Both the position numbers and the translations under genes were made by a program. A DNA stretch of 64,000 bases from a virus (taxonomy: Duplodnaviria; Caudoviricetes): IMG/VR virus record IMGVR_UViG_2654588150_000002, positions 418 to 64,417 of that record; one strand, 5' to 3'. Under the pieces are notes generated by a model that was not told the DNA's origin, ran no database searches, and was given only the letters and a program-made list of their open reading frames with translations. How positions within the stretch are numbered: position 1 is the stretch's first letter; each line of letters starts with the position of its first letter. Shown in pieces: positions 49,601 to 60,636 of the stretch.

Positions 49601-52600
49601 ACTACCCCGGCCTCGACACGAAGGGCATGACGGACCATGCCGAATCGAAGCGCCTGCACGATGAATTGATGGCATCGCAATCCGAATCGACTAGAATCGA
49701 ATCGGCACAACCGCAGCAAGGAACCCAAGATGAACGACTCGCAACTGAGGAATCTCCTGCTGCAAGCGATGCAGGAGTACGCACCGAAGCAAACGGCGCA
49801 GATGAAGGCTCGCGGGCAACTGAGCGAGTATCTGGACAGCCTGACGGGCGAAACGCTGGAAGCGATCAACGGGCCGACGCAGGAGGCAATACTCGGTCTC
49901 GTGACGCAGGGAAGCGAGACGTTCGAGCCGAACCCGCTCAAACGGACGCAGGAAATCAACATGGCGACGAACAGCGCGACGGAAATAGCGCTGGCGCAAG
50001 CGATGGAAACGATTCGGGCGCTAAATCCCGAGTCGGCAATGACTACCGCATCCAACCCGGAGAGCTGAAACGGGAAGGCTCGTGGCGCACCACGGCCGCG
50101 CGCAACGTCGATATCGTCGAGCTGGCGAAGAAGCTCACGGAAGAAGGCCGCGCGCCGACTGCCGAAGAACAGGCGTTGCTCGCCCGCTTCACGGGATGGG
50201 GCGCCAGCGAAATCGCTAACGGCGTCTTCCCCGATAAGTACGGCCGCTATAAGGATTCGACGTGGCAAGCGCTCGGCGAACGCCTGAAAGCCGCGCTCAC
50301 GCCCGAGCAGTACGACACGGCGAAGCGGACCACGCAGTACGCGCACTACACGTCTGAGGGCGTAATCAGCGGCATCTACCGCGCTTTCGAGCGCATGGGC
50401 TTTGCCGGCGGCAAGTTCGTTGAGCCGGGCATGGGCGTGGGCTCGTTCAAGGGCTTGATGCCTTCTGCGATGGCGGCCGCGTCGCACTACACCGGCATCG
50501 AGATGGACCCGGTAACGGGCATGATTGCGAAGCTGTTGTATCCGCAATCGAACATCATCAACGGCGACTTCACCAAGACGGCACTCCCGCGCGACTACTT
50601 CGACGCGGCGATCGGCAACCCGCCGTTCGGCAATATCACGATCAGCAACGATCCTGAATACCGCAAGAACGCGTTTCTGCTGCACGACTATTTCTTTGCC
50701 AAGACGCTCGACCGCGTGAAGCCGGGCGGCATGCTCGTGTTCGTGACGTCCAAGGGCACGATGGACAAGGGCAGCGATCGTGCGCGATCGTACCTGGCTG
50801 ACCGCGCGAACCTGATCGGCGCCATTCGCCTGCCGCAGACCGCGTTCAAGGACAACGCCGGTACCGAGGTTGTTACCGACGTGCTGTTCCTGCAAAAGCG
50901 CGGCCCCGGTATCGAGGACAACGGCGTCCAGTGGCGCGGCACGGCCGAAGTGACCACGCCGCAAGGCCCGGCCACGATCAACGAATACTTCGCGGCGCAT
51001 CCCGAGCAAGTGCTCGGCGCGAACGCGCTCACGGGCTCGATGTACCGCGCGAACGAGTACACGGTCATTCCCGAACCGGGCGTCGACCTCGACGCAGCGT
51101 TCGCGAAGGCTGTCGAGCGCTTGCCCGAGAACGTCTACAAGGCCGGCGCCAAGAACCCGCAAGCGGCCAAGGCACAAGCGCTGCAACGCGACTTCAACCC
51201 GCTGAACAAGAAAGAGGGTGGCGTCTACGTTGGCCCGGACGGCACGCTGATGCAGACCGAGGACGGCTCGGGCGTGCCGCTCGAATCGCGCCGCGGTGCG
51301 GACGGTAAGGAGATCGCGCTCAAGCCGAAGGAAAAGGAGTTTCTGAAATCGTGGGCGAGCCTGCGCGACGCGCTCAAGCAGGCGCAGCTCGACCAGCTCA
51401 CGAACGGCGATTGGGAAAAGTCGCTCGCCGCGCTGAACACTGCATACGATGCGTTCGTGAAGAAGCACGGCAACTTGCTCGACTTCTCGACCATCACGCG
51501 CACCGACGACGAAGGCAACACGACCGAGACGAAGCGCTTCAAGAATGACCCGCTCTTGCGCCTCGACGTGGACGGCCCGCTCGCCTACTCGCTGGAGCAC
51601 ATCACGCAGGCCGGCGACATCGTGAAGGCGCCTGTCCTGTCTGAGCGCGTGCTCGAACAGCCGCGCGAGCCGGAAATTAAGACGACGAACGACGCGCTGT
51701 TCGTGTCGATGAACAATCTCGGCCGCCTCGACCTCGACGACGTTGCGAGGCTCGGCAAGATGACGCGCGACGAGGCTATCGAAGCGCTCGGCACGTCCAT
51801 CTACGAAGACCCGGCGAAGGGCTGGCAGACCAGCGACGAGTACCTTTCTGGCAACGTCGTGCGCAAGCTGAAAGAGGTCGAGGCCGCCGCGCGCACCGAC
51901 AAGCGTTTCAAGCGCAACCTCGATGCGCTGCTGTCTGTTCAGCCGAAGCCGCTCGGCCCGAGCGACATCACGACGAAGCTCGGCCAGAACTGGATTCCGC
52001 CGAAGGACATCGCGCAGTTCGCGACCGAAGCGCTCGGCGAGAAAATCGCCGTGACGTACAACGAGCGCACGGGCCAATGGTCCGCCGATCAATCCGGCTC
52101 GAACATGACGGCCTTCAACGGCCCGCGCATGGACGCCGGCATGATTCTCGAATCGGTGCTGAACAACAAGCAGCTCAAGATCACTTTCCGCGATCAGGAC
52201 GGCAAGACGCACGTTGACGCCGAATCGACGGAAAAGGTCAACGACATCGCGAACAAGATGCGCGCCGCGTTCAGCTCGTGGGTTTGGACGGACCCGGCCC
52301 GCGCTGACCGCCTGGTGAATTACTACAACGAGAATTTCAACAACATCGCGCCGCGCCAGTTCGACGGCTCGCACCTGACGTTGCCGGGCGTGTCGCTGCG
52401 CTTCAACCTGCGCCCGAATCAGAAGCGCGCTATCTGGCGCGCGATCCAGCAAGGCGACACGTACCTCGCGCACGCTGTCGGCGCCGGCAAGACGTTCGAA
52501 ATGATCGCGATTGGCATGGAGGAGCGCCGGCTCGGGCTCTCGAACAAGCCCATGTACGCCGTGCCGAATCACATGCTTGCGCAGTTCGCGCGCGAGTTTC

Positions 52601-55600
52601 TGGAGTTGTACCCGGCCGCTAACATCATGGTCGCAGACGAACAGAACTTCCACACGCACAACCGCCGGAAGTTTGTCGCGCAGGCCGCACTGAACAACCC
52701 GGACGCGATCGTTATCACGCACTCGGCGTTCGGCCGCATCGGCATGTCCGACGAGTACGCGAGCAAGTTCATCTCCGATCAGATCGACGAGTGGCAGGCC
52801 GCGCTCGATGAGACGGACAAGAGCGACCGCATCACGCGCAAGCAGATCGAGCGCCGCATCGAGCAACTGGAGCGCCGCCTCGAAGCACGGCAGGGCAACG
52901 AGAAGAAAGACCGCGTGCTCTCGTTCGAGGAGCTTGGCGTTGACCGCCTACTGGTGGACGAAATCCACGAGTTCCGCAAACTCGACTTCGCGACGAACCA
53001 AGGCAACATCAAGGGTATCGACCCGAACGGTTCGCAGCGCGCGCTCGACCTGTACATGAAAAAGCAGTACCTCGACACGAAGAACCCCGGCCGCGCGCTG
53101 GTGGGTGCATCGGGCACGCCGGTAACGAACACGATGGGCGAGTTGTACACGGTGCAGCGCTTGTTCCAAGCCAAGCAGCTCGAAGAAGATGGCCTGCACA
53201 ACTTCGATGCGTGGTCGAACCAGTACGGCGACATCGTTGCGGGCTTCGAGCAGAACGCGGCCGGCGGCTATGAAATCGTCTCGCGATTCGCGAAGTTCCA
53301 GAACGTGCCCGAACTGATGCGCCGCGTTCGCTCGTTCATGGACATTCTCACGAGCCAGCAACTGTCGCAGTACGTCGAACGCCCGGACGTCAAGACGGGC
53401 GGCCGCGAGGTCAGGGTTACGCCGTCGCCGTTCGGCTACAAGGCATATCAGAAAACGCTCGAATCGCGTATCGCGGCGATCCGCCGCCGCAAGGGTCCGC
53501 CGAAGAAGGGCGAGGACATCATCCTCAAAGTCATTTCGGACGGCCGTTTCTCGGCGATCGACATGCGCTTTGTCGATCCGACCTCGCCGAGCGATCCGAA
53601 CAGCAAGCTGAATCAGATGCTTGCGGCAGTCGCGGCCGATTACCACGCGGCGGCCGACTTCGAATATTCGACCAACGGCAAGGTCGATCCGCTCAAGGGC
53701 GCGTCGCACATCATCTTTACGGACATCGGGCTCGGCGAGCAGTCGGCCGAGACGCGCGGCTTCGACATGAAAGCGTGGATCGAGCACGCCCTCGTCGAGG
53801 CTGGCGTAAAGCGCGAGCACATCGCGTTCATCCGCGACTACAACACGCACGCGAAGAAGGAACGGCTGTTCGCTGCGATGCGCTCGGGCGAAAAGCGCAT
53901 CATGATCGGCGGCAAGGATATGGAAACGGGCGTCAACGTCCAGAAGCGCCTCTACACTGAGGAGCACTTGGACGCGCCGTGGTTCCCGGCATCCGTCGAG
54001 CAGCGCGAGGGCCGCATCGTGCGGCAGGGCAATCAGAACAAGCTCGTCGGCATCCGCGCGTGGGCGACGAAGGGCAGCTACGATGCAACCATGTGGGGCA
54101 TGAATGCGCGCAAGGCCCGCTTTATCGAGCAGGCTTTGACGGGCGATGACAGCGTGCGCTCGCTTGAGGACGTGTCGGAAGCATCCGCGTTCGAAATGGC
54201 GGCCGCGCTGGCATCGGGCGACGAGCGCTACATGAAGCTCGCCGGCCTGCGCTCGGATACCGAACGCCTCGAACGCCTCGCGAGCGCTCACCACGACGAG
54301 CAGAACAAGCTGCGCCGCGACAAGAACTACGCGGAACACAGCATCGAGCACGACCAAAAGCTCACGGACGAACTGAGCGAAGCGCTCAAGAAGGCCAAGC
54401 CGATCCGCGCGGGCGAGTTCGCCGGCACGGTGGGTAACGTCACGATCACTGAACGCTCGGAGTTCGGCCCGGCGCTGTTCAACCGCTTTAAGGAGTTGGC
54501 CGAGAAGGAAACCGACACGGCCGAGCAGATCGGCGAAATCGGCGGGTTCCCGATCATGTACCACGGAACGACGCTGAAAGGCTCTGGCGAGTACACGGCC
54601 GCCGTGACGATCGACATTCCGGGCGACCCGAACCCGCTTATCGCCATGCCGCTCGACCCGGACATGCCGATCGGCGGTATCGCGACGCGCGCGGCGAATC
54701 AGGTGAACAACCTCGAAGGCACGCGCGCACAGCTCGCCGAGCGCATCAAGATTAACGAGAATCGCCTCAAGGCGATCAACGGCCGTATCGGTGCGCCGTT
54801 CCCCGAGCAAGGCATCCTGCTGGAAAAGACGGCCGAGCTTCACTCGCTGCAAGACGAACTGGCGAAGGAAAAGGCGGCCGAGAATGCGCCGGCACCGAGC
54901 GCGGACGCGGCAGCGGCTACCGTCGACATCGAGGGTAAGCCGGCCGAGAAGTTCAGTACGCCGTCCGTCGATACGCGCGGCCCGCTCACGGCTGAAACGC
55001 TCGGCGAAACGCTGCGCGGTGGCGCTTATGGCGACGTCGTGGGCAAGCTGATCGACGCCAATAGTGTGGTGCTGCACGATACCGCACAAACCTTCCCGAG
55101 CAATAACGCCGCCGGCAAGCAGGGCATGACGGGCGCAGACGGCAAGATTCACCTTGCCGCCGACCGCCTCACGCCGCGAAGCGCGGCGGCCGTGCTGCTG
55201 CACGAGGCGTTCCACTCGGGCGTCGAGAAGTTGATCGGCTCCGAAGCGTGGACGGGCCTGCTGTCGCGCCTGAATGCGCTGATGACGCAAGGCCGCCAGT
55301 CGAGCGGCCGCGCACGCCAGTTCTTCGATGCGGCCCGCGCGAGCGTCGAGCAAGCCGGCACGGATGCGTCGATGCGTGCCGAGGAGTTCGGCGCCTACAC
55401 GGTCGAGCACTTCGAGCAAGCGCCGCGCGCCTTCCTGCGTTGGGTGGATGATGCAGTGGGCGCCGTCAAGGCATGGGCTCTGCGCCGATTCGGCCAGCAA
55501 CTCGGCGCCGTGACGCCCGCGCAGCTCCGCGCACTCGCTGTCGCCGCGCTGCGTGACGGCAAGATCGGCACCGACAACGGCCCGAACGGTGGCGAGCGCT

Positions 55601-58377
55601 TCTCGACGCCGCCGGCCGGCACGCCGAGCACGGCGCCGAGCGGCCTGACGCCGCCGGCACCGGGCCGCTTCGAGCGCTTCCAGGCGACGGTGCAGGACAA
55701 CATGAACCGCGTGAAGAAGGTTCAGCAGCGCATCGCCAAGCTGACGGGCGCGGCGCTGCCCAATCACGCGGACTACTACCGCGCTGAGACGAACCGGCCG
55801 GGCCGCATCGCGGCGCGCAAGGAAGATGCGGACCGCAAGATGTTTGAGCCGCTGATGGCTGACCTCGCGGAATCGGGCCACACGCCCGACGAGCTGGCGA
55901 ACCTGCTGCACGCGCAGCACGCCGAGGAGCGGAATAAGCGCGTTGCGCTCATCAACGACAAGATGCCGGACGGCGGCTCGGGCATGACGACGGCTGACGC
56001 TAACTCGATCCTCGCGCAGTACGCGGGCGCGACCGAGCTGCAACGCATCGCGCAGAAGGCGCGCGACATCGCCAAGGCAACGCTCCAGCTCAAGTTCGAC
56101 TACGGCCTGATCGACCAGGACACGCTCGACGCGCTCACGAACGCCTACCAGTATTACGTGCCGCTGAAAGGCGACCTCGAACCCGGCCCGAAGGTCAAGC
56201 GTGCGATGGGTCACAGCTCGCGCGACGAGTACATTCTGGAAAACATCGCGCGCGACTATAACCAAGCCGTGACCGTGGGCGAGAAGAACCTCGCGCGTCA
56301 ATCGCTCCTCGCGCTCGTGGCCGAGAACGATGACCCGAGCCTGTGGACGATCGGCGTTCCGCCGAAGGGCCGCTACGTCGCCGGCCGCGTGTACAACGTG
56401 GTCGACGTTGGGCCGCTCGGCGGCACGACGGGCACGACGGTAGGCTCGTTCACGTCGCAATCTCAGGTGAATGCGTTCCTCGAAGGGCTCGGCGCGCACG
56501 CCCGGCCGAACTACATCGTGCTCGACTCGAACGGCGAGCGCGTGGCCGAGTTCACGAAGCCGCTGCAAGAGAATGAGGTTATGGTCTACGTCCACGGCGA
56601 TCCCGTGCGCATCCAGATTCACGACCTCCCGCTCGCGCGCCAGCTCCGTCCGCTCGACAACGCGCAGATGCACCCGATCCTCGAAGCGATGCGCGGCCTC
56701 AACCGCTACTTCTCGAAGATTTACACCGGCTACAACCCGGCCTTCATCCTGCGCAACGCAATGCGCGACGCGATGACGGGCACGGTCAACATGGTCGGCA
56801 ACGAGGGGGCGGCGACGGCGGCGCGCGCGTGGACGAACTACCCGAAGGCGCTCAAGGCGCTCGCGCAGTGGGCGGCAACGGGCAAGTCGCCTACCGGCCG
56901 CACGGGCACCTACCTGACCGAGTATCGGATGCAGGGCGGAAAGACGGGCGCCTCGTGGATGAGCGACCTCGACGCGCAGGGCAAGAACCTGCAACGTCAC
57001 TTCGACGACGCTTACGGCGCGCGCGGCTACCTGAAAGACGGGAAGAACCTGAAAGCAGCGGGCATCGCCGGCCGGAAGATTGTCGGCGGCATGGCGCACG
57101 TTATCGAGGTCGGCAACCAGGCAACCGAGAACGCGCTGCGCCTGTCGCTGTACATCGCACTGCGCGAGAAGGGAGAGACGCCGGGCCGCGCCGCGGCGGC
57201 CGCCAAGAATGTGACGGTGGACTTCGACCGCAAGGGTTCGATGACGGGCGCGCTCGGCGCCATCTACCTGTTCTTCAACCCGGCTGTGCAGGGTACGGCG
57301 AACGCGCTCAAGACGCTGGCGAAGGGCGAGCACCGCACGCAGGCATTCGTTGCGCTCGGCATGCTCGCGACGCTTGGCTTCCTCCTCGCGGGCTCGGGCA
57401 TGGACGACGACAAGGAGAAATGGCTCGGCACGGACTGGTCGATGCGGACGAAGAACATGCGCCTGACCGTGGGGAGCCACACTATCAGCGTGCCCGTGTC
57501 GCAGGAGTTCGCGCCCGTCTACGCGCTCGGCGTGGGCGCGGCCGAACTGCTGCGCGGCGTGAGCCCGATCAAGACGGCGGCGCGGTTCCTCTCCTCGCTG
57601 ACTGACGCCTACTTCCCGCTGTCGGGCGCCTACAACGCGGACAGCGACAATCACGGGATGGACGCGGCACTCGCAGCCGTGCCGACCGCGCTCAAGCCGG
57701 CGGCCGAGCTGGCGGCGAACCGTAGCGGCTCGTTCGGCAGCAAGATCGTGCCGGAGAACGAGAACAACGTGAACGTGCCCGACAACCTCAAGAAGTACCG
57801 TTCGAGCGAGGGCACGATCGCGGACACGCTCGCGCAAGGGATGGCGAAGGGTGGCGAGTTCGCCGGGTTCAAGCCGTATGAAAACGACATTTCCAAGGTG
57901 AGCCCGGAAACGCTCAAGTACCTGTATCAGACGTTCGGCGGCGGCCTCGCACAGTTCTTCGTCGATACGGCGACGCTCGGCAAGCTGGCCGTGACCGAGC
58001 CCGGCGCGATCCAGCTCAGTGACGTGCCGATCGCGAAAGACCTCGTGAAAACCGACGACGTGAAGCCGATTCGCGGCCGCTACTTCGAGCTTAAAAAGGA
58101 GGTCGACGAGGCGCACGACGAGTTCGCGGCGGCGAAGAAGGCGCACGACCCGGAGGCAATCAAGGAGATTGTGACGCGGCCGGGCCAAGCCGAAATGCTC
58201 GGGCTCGCCCGCATCGTTCAGCGCACCGACAAGGTAGTGAAGGTGCTGCGCGACGAGGAATCGACGATCAAGCAGGACACGAAGCTCACCATCGAGCAAC
58301 GCCGCGCGAAGCTGAAAGAGAACGAGGCAAAGCAGGAAACCATCATGCGCGGCACGATTGGCGTGATCGAGAAGTGA
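43696..58377 (+). CDS. Giant DarB-like polyvalent virion protein (SLT, 2x FtsK-gamma, PPase-like, TGT-like, N6-MTase, SNF2 helicase, LPD38-like), 4893 aa
   Basis: IES/GGMQVMP (SLT); GYNRAAR x2; [18 protein letters not shown]; EPGMGVG and NPPF; [23 protein letters not shown]; GAGGA RBS. Confidence 0.92.
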   Translation: MPKNLFLQTPSAGDIEQVFDDSAAQIMRSLPEFPGTAPSAQPAAPTNAAPDPSQAPAPAMPAPAISTGGRAAPTRDDLIRRAQELGVDPNLALSVNGIESKGNWNSKDSPKGAVGGMQVMPATYQQMMGTDQGMRDPWNNMEAGLRYLAYGKKVLGTDDPRLLAAGYQAGYGNKDVRAGKLPTNVSDGNLTPAQYAERVAGGAAPAAGAPSAAPTSGKSRLAAVLGLGSQDATTEGGRYRELTPEEAEQFAKQGALDAANKDEPGRFRALTPDELANMPANALTDGAEKKDGKGWWSRNLGYLGTDAKVGWNNLLSSLDGIKQAEHGDMLDVFTKKYTQQQIDADPNLQKEYAERAASYARVTNDIKARGEETAKLSKDNRPATQEFLATGQADDAGWNWKTLKAIGSAVVKDPVGVVADLGVQSAPQMVAMMAAAVLARFGGGGVTGAALAGGATSGYLQFGSDYSDLRQQGMSHEEAFKTAAAKASVVGALDGVSMGSAGHALDAVLAKSGANKALSVVKKAGTIAGETAKQGALGMAGEAGGSIASGRAPNPTDVVAEGLGEIAGAPFEAISTHGGKPATAPQPATAPQPAAPTGPIGRAQQAAQNGINTPPAGPAPTAPSPGAAPAPTATSATPDAQGVSRTVTGDDGQAYTITTGPAGPTVTRVDPETGEVTTEAEAPAAAAPAKENLEAVGEAGKGIVDGMYDHLWSRVEAGKTSEQDGWKPSPILQAAKVLRNQGVELTRDTFPEFAQKLDKAIEGKTGDEYQKAIRGVLTEYAKPATETKPAAPKSAAPADEPLYKNAVDLVTGTGRASLSEVQRHLKVGYNRAARLLEAMEKDGIVSPAKPDGSREVLKKGEPKQEATPAAEDARALTEWSDPELRERLRYVTQQAKTNGGWNKQLTAERKRVSSEIDRRNAGEPAPAAAPESAKSGTTPAKLTPEQITKGKEDALYPRVVEMLNGREAIRPQDIMAATDVGYNRAARALEVAEAEGHVGPLQEDGTRAVTAKEATANGSGSDSAADGRADSGRGDERVSEPVQPEPAADAGESRAERAAPVHAKGNDAAAPALSKELAGAKPRYAFGSKQFDLEFASDIDRAAYITAQKNPSKRDAEYVKFVADATGMTEAQVREHGAKVRENIKGMARDAEPGKLTVPQIHGTAAAAGAAPAAGKWFGSQEKAQAFIDKKGLNESHDIVQTGKVRFEIKPKAVTQIDTAAHEAATSPRNDTPEPTQAQKEAGNYKKGHVNVQGLDITIENPQGSTRSGTSEDGTTWSHKMSDHYGYVKRTMGADGDQVDVYVGPNPDAGRVYVVDQIDQKTGKFDEHKVMLGFDSQEAAVAAYSSNFDAGWKVGPVTEMSIDEFKTWLKEGDTAAPAASAPEVDRSPEATRAAALDFVRAARERGAKKAADVMPGIKGGRTFQTGAPLVKPGFIMVDGPKGQQFKIADLWKESELDAKKGAKTLDALKERVTRFASGMSRSRDFGAAARAGHGIGVDIGEMSDASLRELAAAIANGAQAFVDSGAFGLFKKSLKAEGAVKAMDFDAILAKYDTLMQYIGEANAAEESLTPPLLVMPDVVGDQAASLALIEQHAKWIKAEMGGNLSRPIIPLQAGELSLSEAFDRVVNALDSDNFIVGIPSNAAAVSPEEFVDFLRTSKPKAIHILGALADRTLGPRLEQIIEAGRAEGMDVSADANVLRSRILTPGTPTAARTDKIEGELSRRAVADDVATQAAVEGTPAAELDAKVAEQRTKVDELRANKGDGYDKNLAIAESTLAGYEKARDNLAPKPVKVKKVSDGITAIVIDPSAGRTAPKAGESQSKWQALSAAEQHDVVERAGYADETGKLTPEGMKIADSHFSDIPAAARAKIVDAMAANDGAKPNGTDPFAGNKIFTADKVAAARALLKSKLGQLNSGLDPEMAVAGMTIAGGYIESGMRSFSEFAKTMTADLGDAIKPYLLSFWNGARDYPGLDTKGMTDHAESKRLHDELMASQSESTRIESAQPQQGTQDERLATEESPAASDAGVRTEANGADEGSRATERVSGQPDGRNAGSDQRADAGGNTRSRDAGKRDVRAEPAQTDAGNQHGDEQRDGNSAGASDGNDSGAKSRVGNDYRIQPGELKREGSWRTTAARNVDIVELAKKLTEEGRAPTAEEQALLARFTGWGASEIANGVFPDKYGRYKDSTWQALGERLKAALTPEQYDTAKRTTQYAHYTSEGVISGIYRAFERMGFAGGKFVEPGMGVGSFKGLMPSAMAAASHYTGIEMDPVTGMIAKLLYPQSNIINGDFTKTALPRDYFDAAIGNPPFGNITISNDPEYRKNAFLLHDYFFAKTLDRVKPGGMLVFVTSKGTMDKGSDRARSYLADRANLIGAIRLPQTAFKDNAGTEVVTDVLFLQKRGPGIEDNGVQWRGTAEVTTPQGPATINEYFAAHPEQVLGANALTGSMYRANEYTVIPEPGVDLDAAFAKAVERLPENVYKAGAKNPQAAKAQALQRDFNPLNKKEGGVYVGPDGTLMQTEDGSGVPLESRRGADGKEIALKPKEKEFLKSWASLRDALKQAQLDQLTNGDWEKSLAALNTAYDAFVKKHGNLLDFSTITRTDDEGNTTETKRFKNDPLLRLDVDGPLAYSLEHITQAGDIVKAPVLSERVLEQPREPEIKTTNDALFVSMNNLGRLDLDDVARLGKMTRDEAIEALGTSIYEDPAKGWQTSDEYLSGNVVRKLKEVEAAARTDKRFKRNLDALLSVQPKPLGPSDITTKLGQNWIPPKDIAQFATEALGEKIAVTYNERTGQWSADQSGSNMTAFNGPRMDAGMILESVLNNKQLKITFRDQDGKTHVDAESTEKVNDIANKMRAAFSSWVWTDPARADRLVNYYNENFNNIAPRQFDGSHLTLPGVSLRFNLRPNQKRAIWRAIQQGDTYLAHAVGAGKTFEMIAIGMEERRLGLSNKPMYAVPNHMLAQFAREFLELYPAANIMVADEQNFHTHNRRKFVAQAALNNPDAIVITHSAFGRIGMSDEYASKFISDQIDEWQAALDETDKSDRITRKQIERRIEQLERRLEARQGNEKKDRVLSFEELGVDRLLVDEIHEFRKLDFATNQGNIKGIDPNGSQRALDLYMKKQYLDTKNPGRALVGASGTPVTNTMGELYTVQRLFQAKQLEEDGLHNFDAWSNQYGDIVAGFEQNAAGGYEIVSRFAKFQNVPELMRRVRSFMDILTSQQLSQYVERPDVKTGGREVRVTPSPFGYKAYQKTLESRIAAIRRRKGPPKKGEDIILKVISDGRFSAIDMRFVDPTSPSDPNSKLNQMLAAVAADYHAAADFEYSTNGKVDPLKGASHIIFTDIGLGEQSAETRGFDMKAWIEHALVEAGVKREHIAFIRDYNTHAKKERLFAAMRSGEKRIMIGGKDMETGVNVQKRLYTEEHLDAPWFPASVEQREGRIVRQGNQNKLVGIRAWATKGSYDATMWGMNARKARFIEQALTGDDSVRSLEDVSEASAFEMAAALASGDERYMKLAGLRSDTERLERLASAHHDEQNKLRRDKNYAEHSIEHDQKLTDELSEALKKAKPIRAGEFAGTVGNVTITERSEFGPALFNRFKELAEKETDTAEQIGEIGGFPIMYHGTTLKGSGEYTAAVTIDIPGDPNPLIAMPLDPDMPIGGIATRAANQVNNLEGTRAQLAERIKINENRLKAINGRIGAPFPEQGILLEKTAELHSLQDELAKEKAAENAPAPSADAAAATVDIEGKPAEKFSTPSVDTRGPLTAETLGETLRGGAYGDVVGKLIDANSVVLHDTAQTFPSNNAAGKQGMTGADGKIHLAADRLTPRSAAAVLLHEAFHSGVEKLIGSEAWTGLLSRLNALMTQGRQSSGRARQFFDAARASVEQAGTDASMRAEEFGAYTVEHFEQAPRAFLRWVDDAVGAVKAWALRRFGQQLGAVTPAQLRALAVAALRDGKIGTDNGPNGGERFSTPPAGTPSTAPSGLTPPAPGRFERFQATVQDNMNRVKKVQQRIAKLTGAALPNHADYYRAETNRPGRIAARKEDADRKMFEPLMADLAESGHTPDELANLLHAQHAEERNKRVALINDKMPDGGSGMTTADANSILAQYAGATELQRIAQKARDIAKATLQLKFDYGLIDQDTLDALTNAYQYYVPLKGDLEPGPKVKRAMGHSSRDEYILENIARDYNQAVTVGEKNLARQSLLALVAENDDPSLWTIGVPPKGRYVAGRVYNVVDVGPLGGTTGTTVGSFTSQSQVNAFLEGLGAHARPNYIVLDSNGERVAEFTKPLQENEVMVYVHGDPVRIQIHDLPLARQLRPLDNAQMHPILEAMRGLNRYFSKIYTGYNPAFILRNAMRDAMTGTVNMVGNEGAATAARAWTNYPKALKALAQWAATGKSPTGRTGTYLTEYRMQGGKTGASWMSDLDAQGKNLQRHFDDAYGARGYLKDGKNLKAAGIAGRKIVGGMAHVIEVGNQATENALRLSLYIALREKGETPGRAAAAAKNVTVDFDRKGSMTGALGAIYLFFNPAVQGTANALKTLAKGEHRTQAFVALGMLATLGFLLAGSGMDDDKEKWLGTDWSMRTKNMRLTVGSHTISVPVSQEFAPVYALGVGAAELLRGVSPIKTAARFLSSLTDAYFPLSGAYNADSDNHGMDAALAAVPTALKPAAELAANRSGSFGSKIVPENENNVNVPDNLKKYRSSEGTIADTLAQGMAKGGEFAGFKPYENDISKVSPETLKYLYQTFGGGLAQFFVDTATLGKLAVTEPGAIQLSDVPIAKDLVKTDDVKPIRGRYFELKKEVDEAHDEFAAAKKAHDPEAIKEIVTRPGQAEMLGLARIVQRTDKVVKVLRDEESTIKQDTKLTIEQRRAKLKENEAKQETIMRGTIGVIEK
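46745..46915 (+). CDS. Nested +1-frame gene (56 aa) inside the giant gene
   Basis: AAGGAGG RBS; GC3 bias switches to this frame over exactly this span. Confidence 0.55.
   Translation: MEVEAIALLMDEQIADAVTNAYLNPYNPSPPPMPANPVLNALHLYMLREMTPPLLH
49730..50068 (+). CDS. Nested +1-frame gene (112 aa), TnpV-like
   Basis: AAGGA RBS 7 nt upstream; GC3 bias in this frame; P..T..M...GQL..YLD and NM..N.A.EI.L pattern. Confidence 0.65.
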   Translation: MNDSQLRNLLLQAMQEYAPKQTAQMKARGQLSEYLDSLTGETLEAINGPTQEAILGLVTQGSETFEPNPLKRTQEINMATNSATEIALAQAMETIRALNPESAMTTASNPES

Positions 58378-58390
58378 GGGCGGCCGGGCG

Positions 58391-58690
58391 TTACTTCTTC
58401 GCCCGGTCCTCTGCCTCAATGCGCCGCACGGCCTCTTGCACGCGGCGCAGTTTTTCGACTTCGAGCATTGCGGCCGCGTCTACGACGTCGCGAATAAACG
58501 ACGACTTCGAGTGAATTGCGCGGTTTTCGACGAGGTAATCGAGCTGGATCATGAGCGGTTCAGGGAAGGGCACATTGATCGAGATTTTCCTCTCGGGATT
58601 GCCACGGCTCCACGGCGCTTCCTGCTGCAAAGCCTTGCTAGGCTTAGGGGCGGGTTTTGCGGCAAGCCGGCGGGGTGTGGTATTTGCCAA
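58391..58690 (-). CDS. Ribbon-helix-helix (CopG/ParG-like) protein
   Basis: GGAG plus TTG start; ISINVPFPEPL..QLDYL...SKSSFIRDVV. Confidence 0.65.
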   Translation of the reverse strand: MANTTPRRLAAKPAPKPSKALQQEAPWSRGNPERKISINVPFPEPLMIQLDYLVENRAIHSKSSFIRDVVDAAAMLEVEKLRRVQEAVRRIEAEDRAKK

Positions 58691-58789
58691 TTGGGGCTCC
58701 GTTCTATAGCACCATTCCGCACGGTGCGGAACGGTATGAAAAATAATCGCACTTAATTGCATTAAGTAGTAGCGCTCCGGTCGAATCTG

Positions 58790-58827
58790 TGGTTACGATA
58801 TAAAACCACGGTGATACAATCGCACCG
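58790..58827 (+). promoter_or_regulatory. Lysis promoter region with two abutting operators
   Basis: TGGTTACGATATAAAACCA and CGGTGATACAATCGCACCG; TACAAT 58815-58820. Confidence 0.65.
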
Positions 58828-58854
58828 GTAAAACGCACTCTCGGGGCCAACGGA

Positions 58855-59223
58855 ATGAATGAAGAGATTCGGCAAGCCGCAGACGCGGCTAAAGACCCCG
58901 CCTCATACGACCTCATTACGTATGCGTGGGTAGTCTCGCTCTCTGCGTGGGGTGGCGCCGTTCGATTCATTCGCAAAGTTAAGGCGGGCGAAATGAGCCC
59001 AAAGACGGCGATGAAATCCCTAATCGGCGAAGTTCTCACGTCGGCTTTTGCTGGCGTCGTCACTTTCTACGCGGCACAGGCGACGGGAGTATCGCCTCTC
59101 TGGACCGCTGTGTTGGTCGGCATATCCGGCCACATGGGCGGCCGCGCGATTGAGCTGTTCGAAATCTTCTTCAAGCGTTGGGTGGGGGCGGCGAATGAGG
59201 CCGCCGACAAGGACAAGCCATGA
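58855..59223 (+). CDS. Holin (LydA-like)
   Basis: Three hydrophobic segments; TSAFAG, GISGHMGGRAI. Confidence 0.82.
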   Translation: MNEEIRQAADAAKDPASYDLITYAWVVSLSAWGGAVRFIRKVKAGEMSPKTAMKSLIGEVLTSAFAGVVTFYAAQATGVSPLWTAVLVGISGHMGGRAIELFEIFFKRWVGAANEAADKDKP

Positions 59224-59822
59224 CGGCAAAGCTCACTCTCGACGACTTCAAACGCGCGGCCGCTGACCTTGGCGTGGCCGTCGCGGCTATTCGTGCTGTC
59301 GCGTCCGTCGAGACGCGCGGCTCGGGTTTCCTCGCTGATGGCGTGCGGCCCGTGATCCTGTTCGAGCGCCACGTTATGCGCAAGCAACTGATCGCGAATA
59401 CGGGCTCGCGCTCGCCGTCGATCATCCAGTACGCGAATCCGAACATCGTCAACGCGTCGACGGGCGGATATCAGGGCGGCGCCGCGGAGTGGGACCGTCT
59501 CGCCGAAGCGATCAAGCTCGACCGTCAATCGGCTCTCGAATCGTGCTCGTGGGGCGCGTTTCAGATCATGGGCTACTGGTGGAAGTCGCTCGGCTACGCG
59601 TCCGTCCAGGCGTTTGTGAACGCGATGTATTCGGGCGAGCCCGGCCAGCTCGACGCGTTCGTGCGCTTCGTCAAGGCGAACCCGAACCTGCTGCATGCGC
59701 TGCGCGCGCAAGACTTCGCCGCGTTCGCCAAGGGCTACAACGGCCCGGACTACGCGAAGAACAAGTACGACACCAAGATGGCGGACGCCTTCACCACCTA
59801 CAGCAAGGAGCACGCGGCATGA
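59220..59822 (+). CDS. Endolysin, N-acetylmuramidase (DUF3380)
   Basis: AVASVETRGSGF, ILFERH, SCSWGAFQIMG, YNGP.Y..NKYD. Confidence 0.92.
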   Translation: MTAKLTLDDFKRAAADLGVAVAAIRAVASVETRGSGFLADGVRPVILFERHVMRKQLIANTGSRSPSIIQYANPNIVNASTGGYQGGAAEWDRLAEAIKLDRQSALESCSWGAFQIMGYWWKSLGYASVQAFVNAMYSGEPGQLDAFVRFVKANPNLLHALRAQDFAAFAKGYNGPDYAKNKYDTKMADAFTTYSKEHAA

Positions 59823-60043
59823 ACCTGATCGAACGCATCAAAGCAATCCTGATCGACGACATCGACCGCGCACACAAATTCATCGTGACGTGGATCGCGG
59901 CCGGGCTCGGCTGTGCAGCGACCGCCTACGAACTTCTGCCGACCGTGCGCGACTACCTCGACCCGGCCTGGGTGAAGTGGATCGCGCTCGCGATCCTCGT
60001 CGCGCGCGTCGTCAAGCAGGGCGGGGCGAAGAATGCAAATTAA
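59819..60043 (+). CDS. Small two-TM lysis protein (holin/antiholin-like)
   Basis: Two hydrophobic segments ending ARVVKQ; inside lysis cassette. Confidence 0.65.
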   Translation: MNLIERIKAILIDDIDRAHKFIVTWIAAGLGCAATAYELLPTVRDYLDPAWVKWIALAILVARVVKQGGAKNAN

Positions 60044-60506
60044 AGCGATTGCCGCAATCGTCGCGGCCGCATTGCTGTTCGGCGCCGGCTGGACGGTTCG
60101 CGGCTGGCGCGCGGATGCGGCAATCAGCAATATGACCGCGAGCTATGACCACAAGGCGGCCGACGCGTCAGAAAAGGCACGGCAGACCGAAGGCAAGATG
60201 CGCGATGCCGTCGCGCGAGTGGACCAACTCGAAACGGACCTGAAAAATGCGGAAGCTGAATCTGAAACCCTTCGCCATAGCATTGGCACTGGTGAGCGCC
60301 GGGTGTACGTCCGCGCCTCCTGCCCGGCAAGCGGTGGATTGCCCGCGTCCGCCCCCGCCGCCAGCGTGGACGATGACGCCGGCCTCGCCCAACTTGACCC
60401 TACGGTTGCGGAATCAATGGTTGGAGTCACCGACGACGGCGACGAGCAAATCCGCAAACTGACCGCGCTTCAAACCTACGTGCGAGACGTCTGCATCGCG
60501 CCGTAA
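60033..60506 (+). CDS. Rz-like i-spanin
   Basis: N-terminal TM, coiled coil, RVYVRASCP, L.ALQ.YV...C. Confidence 0.85.
   Translation: MQIKAIAAIVAAALLFGAGWTVRGWRADAAISNMTASYDHKAADASEKARQTEGKMRDAVARVDQLETDLKNAEAESETLRHSIGTGERRVYVRASCPASGGLPASAPAASVDDDAGLAQLDPTVAESMVGVTDDGDEQIRKLTALQTYVRDVCIAP
60247..60462 (+). CDS. Rz1-like o-spanin lipoprotein nested in Rz
   Basis: Lipobox SAGC, CPRPPPPPAW; +1 frame in Rz. Confidence 0.85.
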   Translation: MRKLNLKPFAIALALVSAGCTSAPPARQAVDCPRPPPPPAWTMTPASPNLTLRLRNQWLESPTTATSKSAN

Positions 60507-60539
60507 TAACCAGTCTCCTCCCCCCTTGGCATGGGGTTT

Positions 60540-60566
60540 GGCTCGGCTTCGGCCGGGCCTTTTTTT
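60540..60566 (+). terminator. Intrinsic terminator after lysis genes
   Basis: GGCTCGGC-TTCG-GCCGGGCC-T7. Confidence 0.85.
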
Positions 60567-60636
60567 CGCCTCCCCACGCAGAGCCCCTTCCGTCCGTTGG
60601 TATGATGGTTGCGTGCCAACTACCGGGGAGTCGCAC

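Noticed and set aside
46099-58419. Very long minus-strand ORFs (2255 aa and 1823 aa) and similar antisense ORFs across the window
   Set aside because: Shadows of GC3-rich sense genes; R/V/L/A-rich with no motifs or RBS
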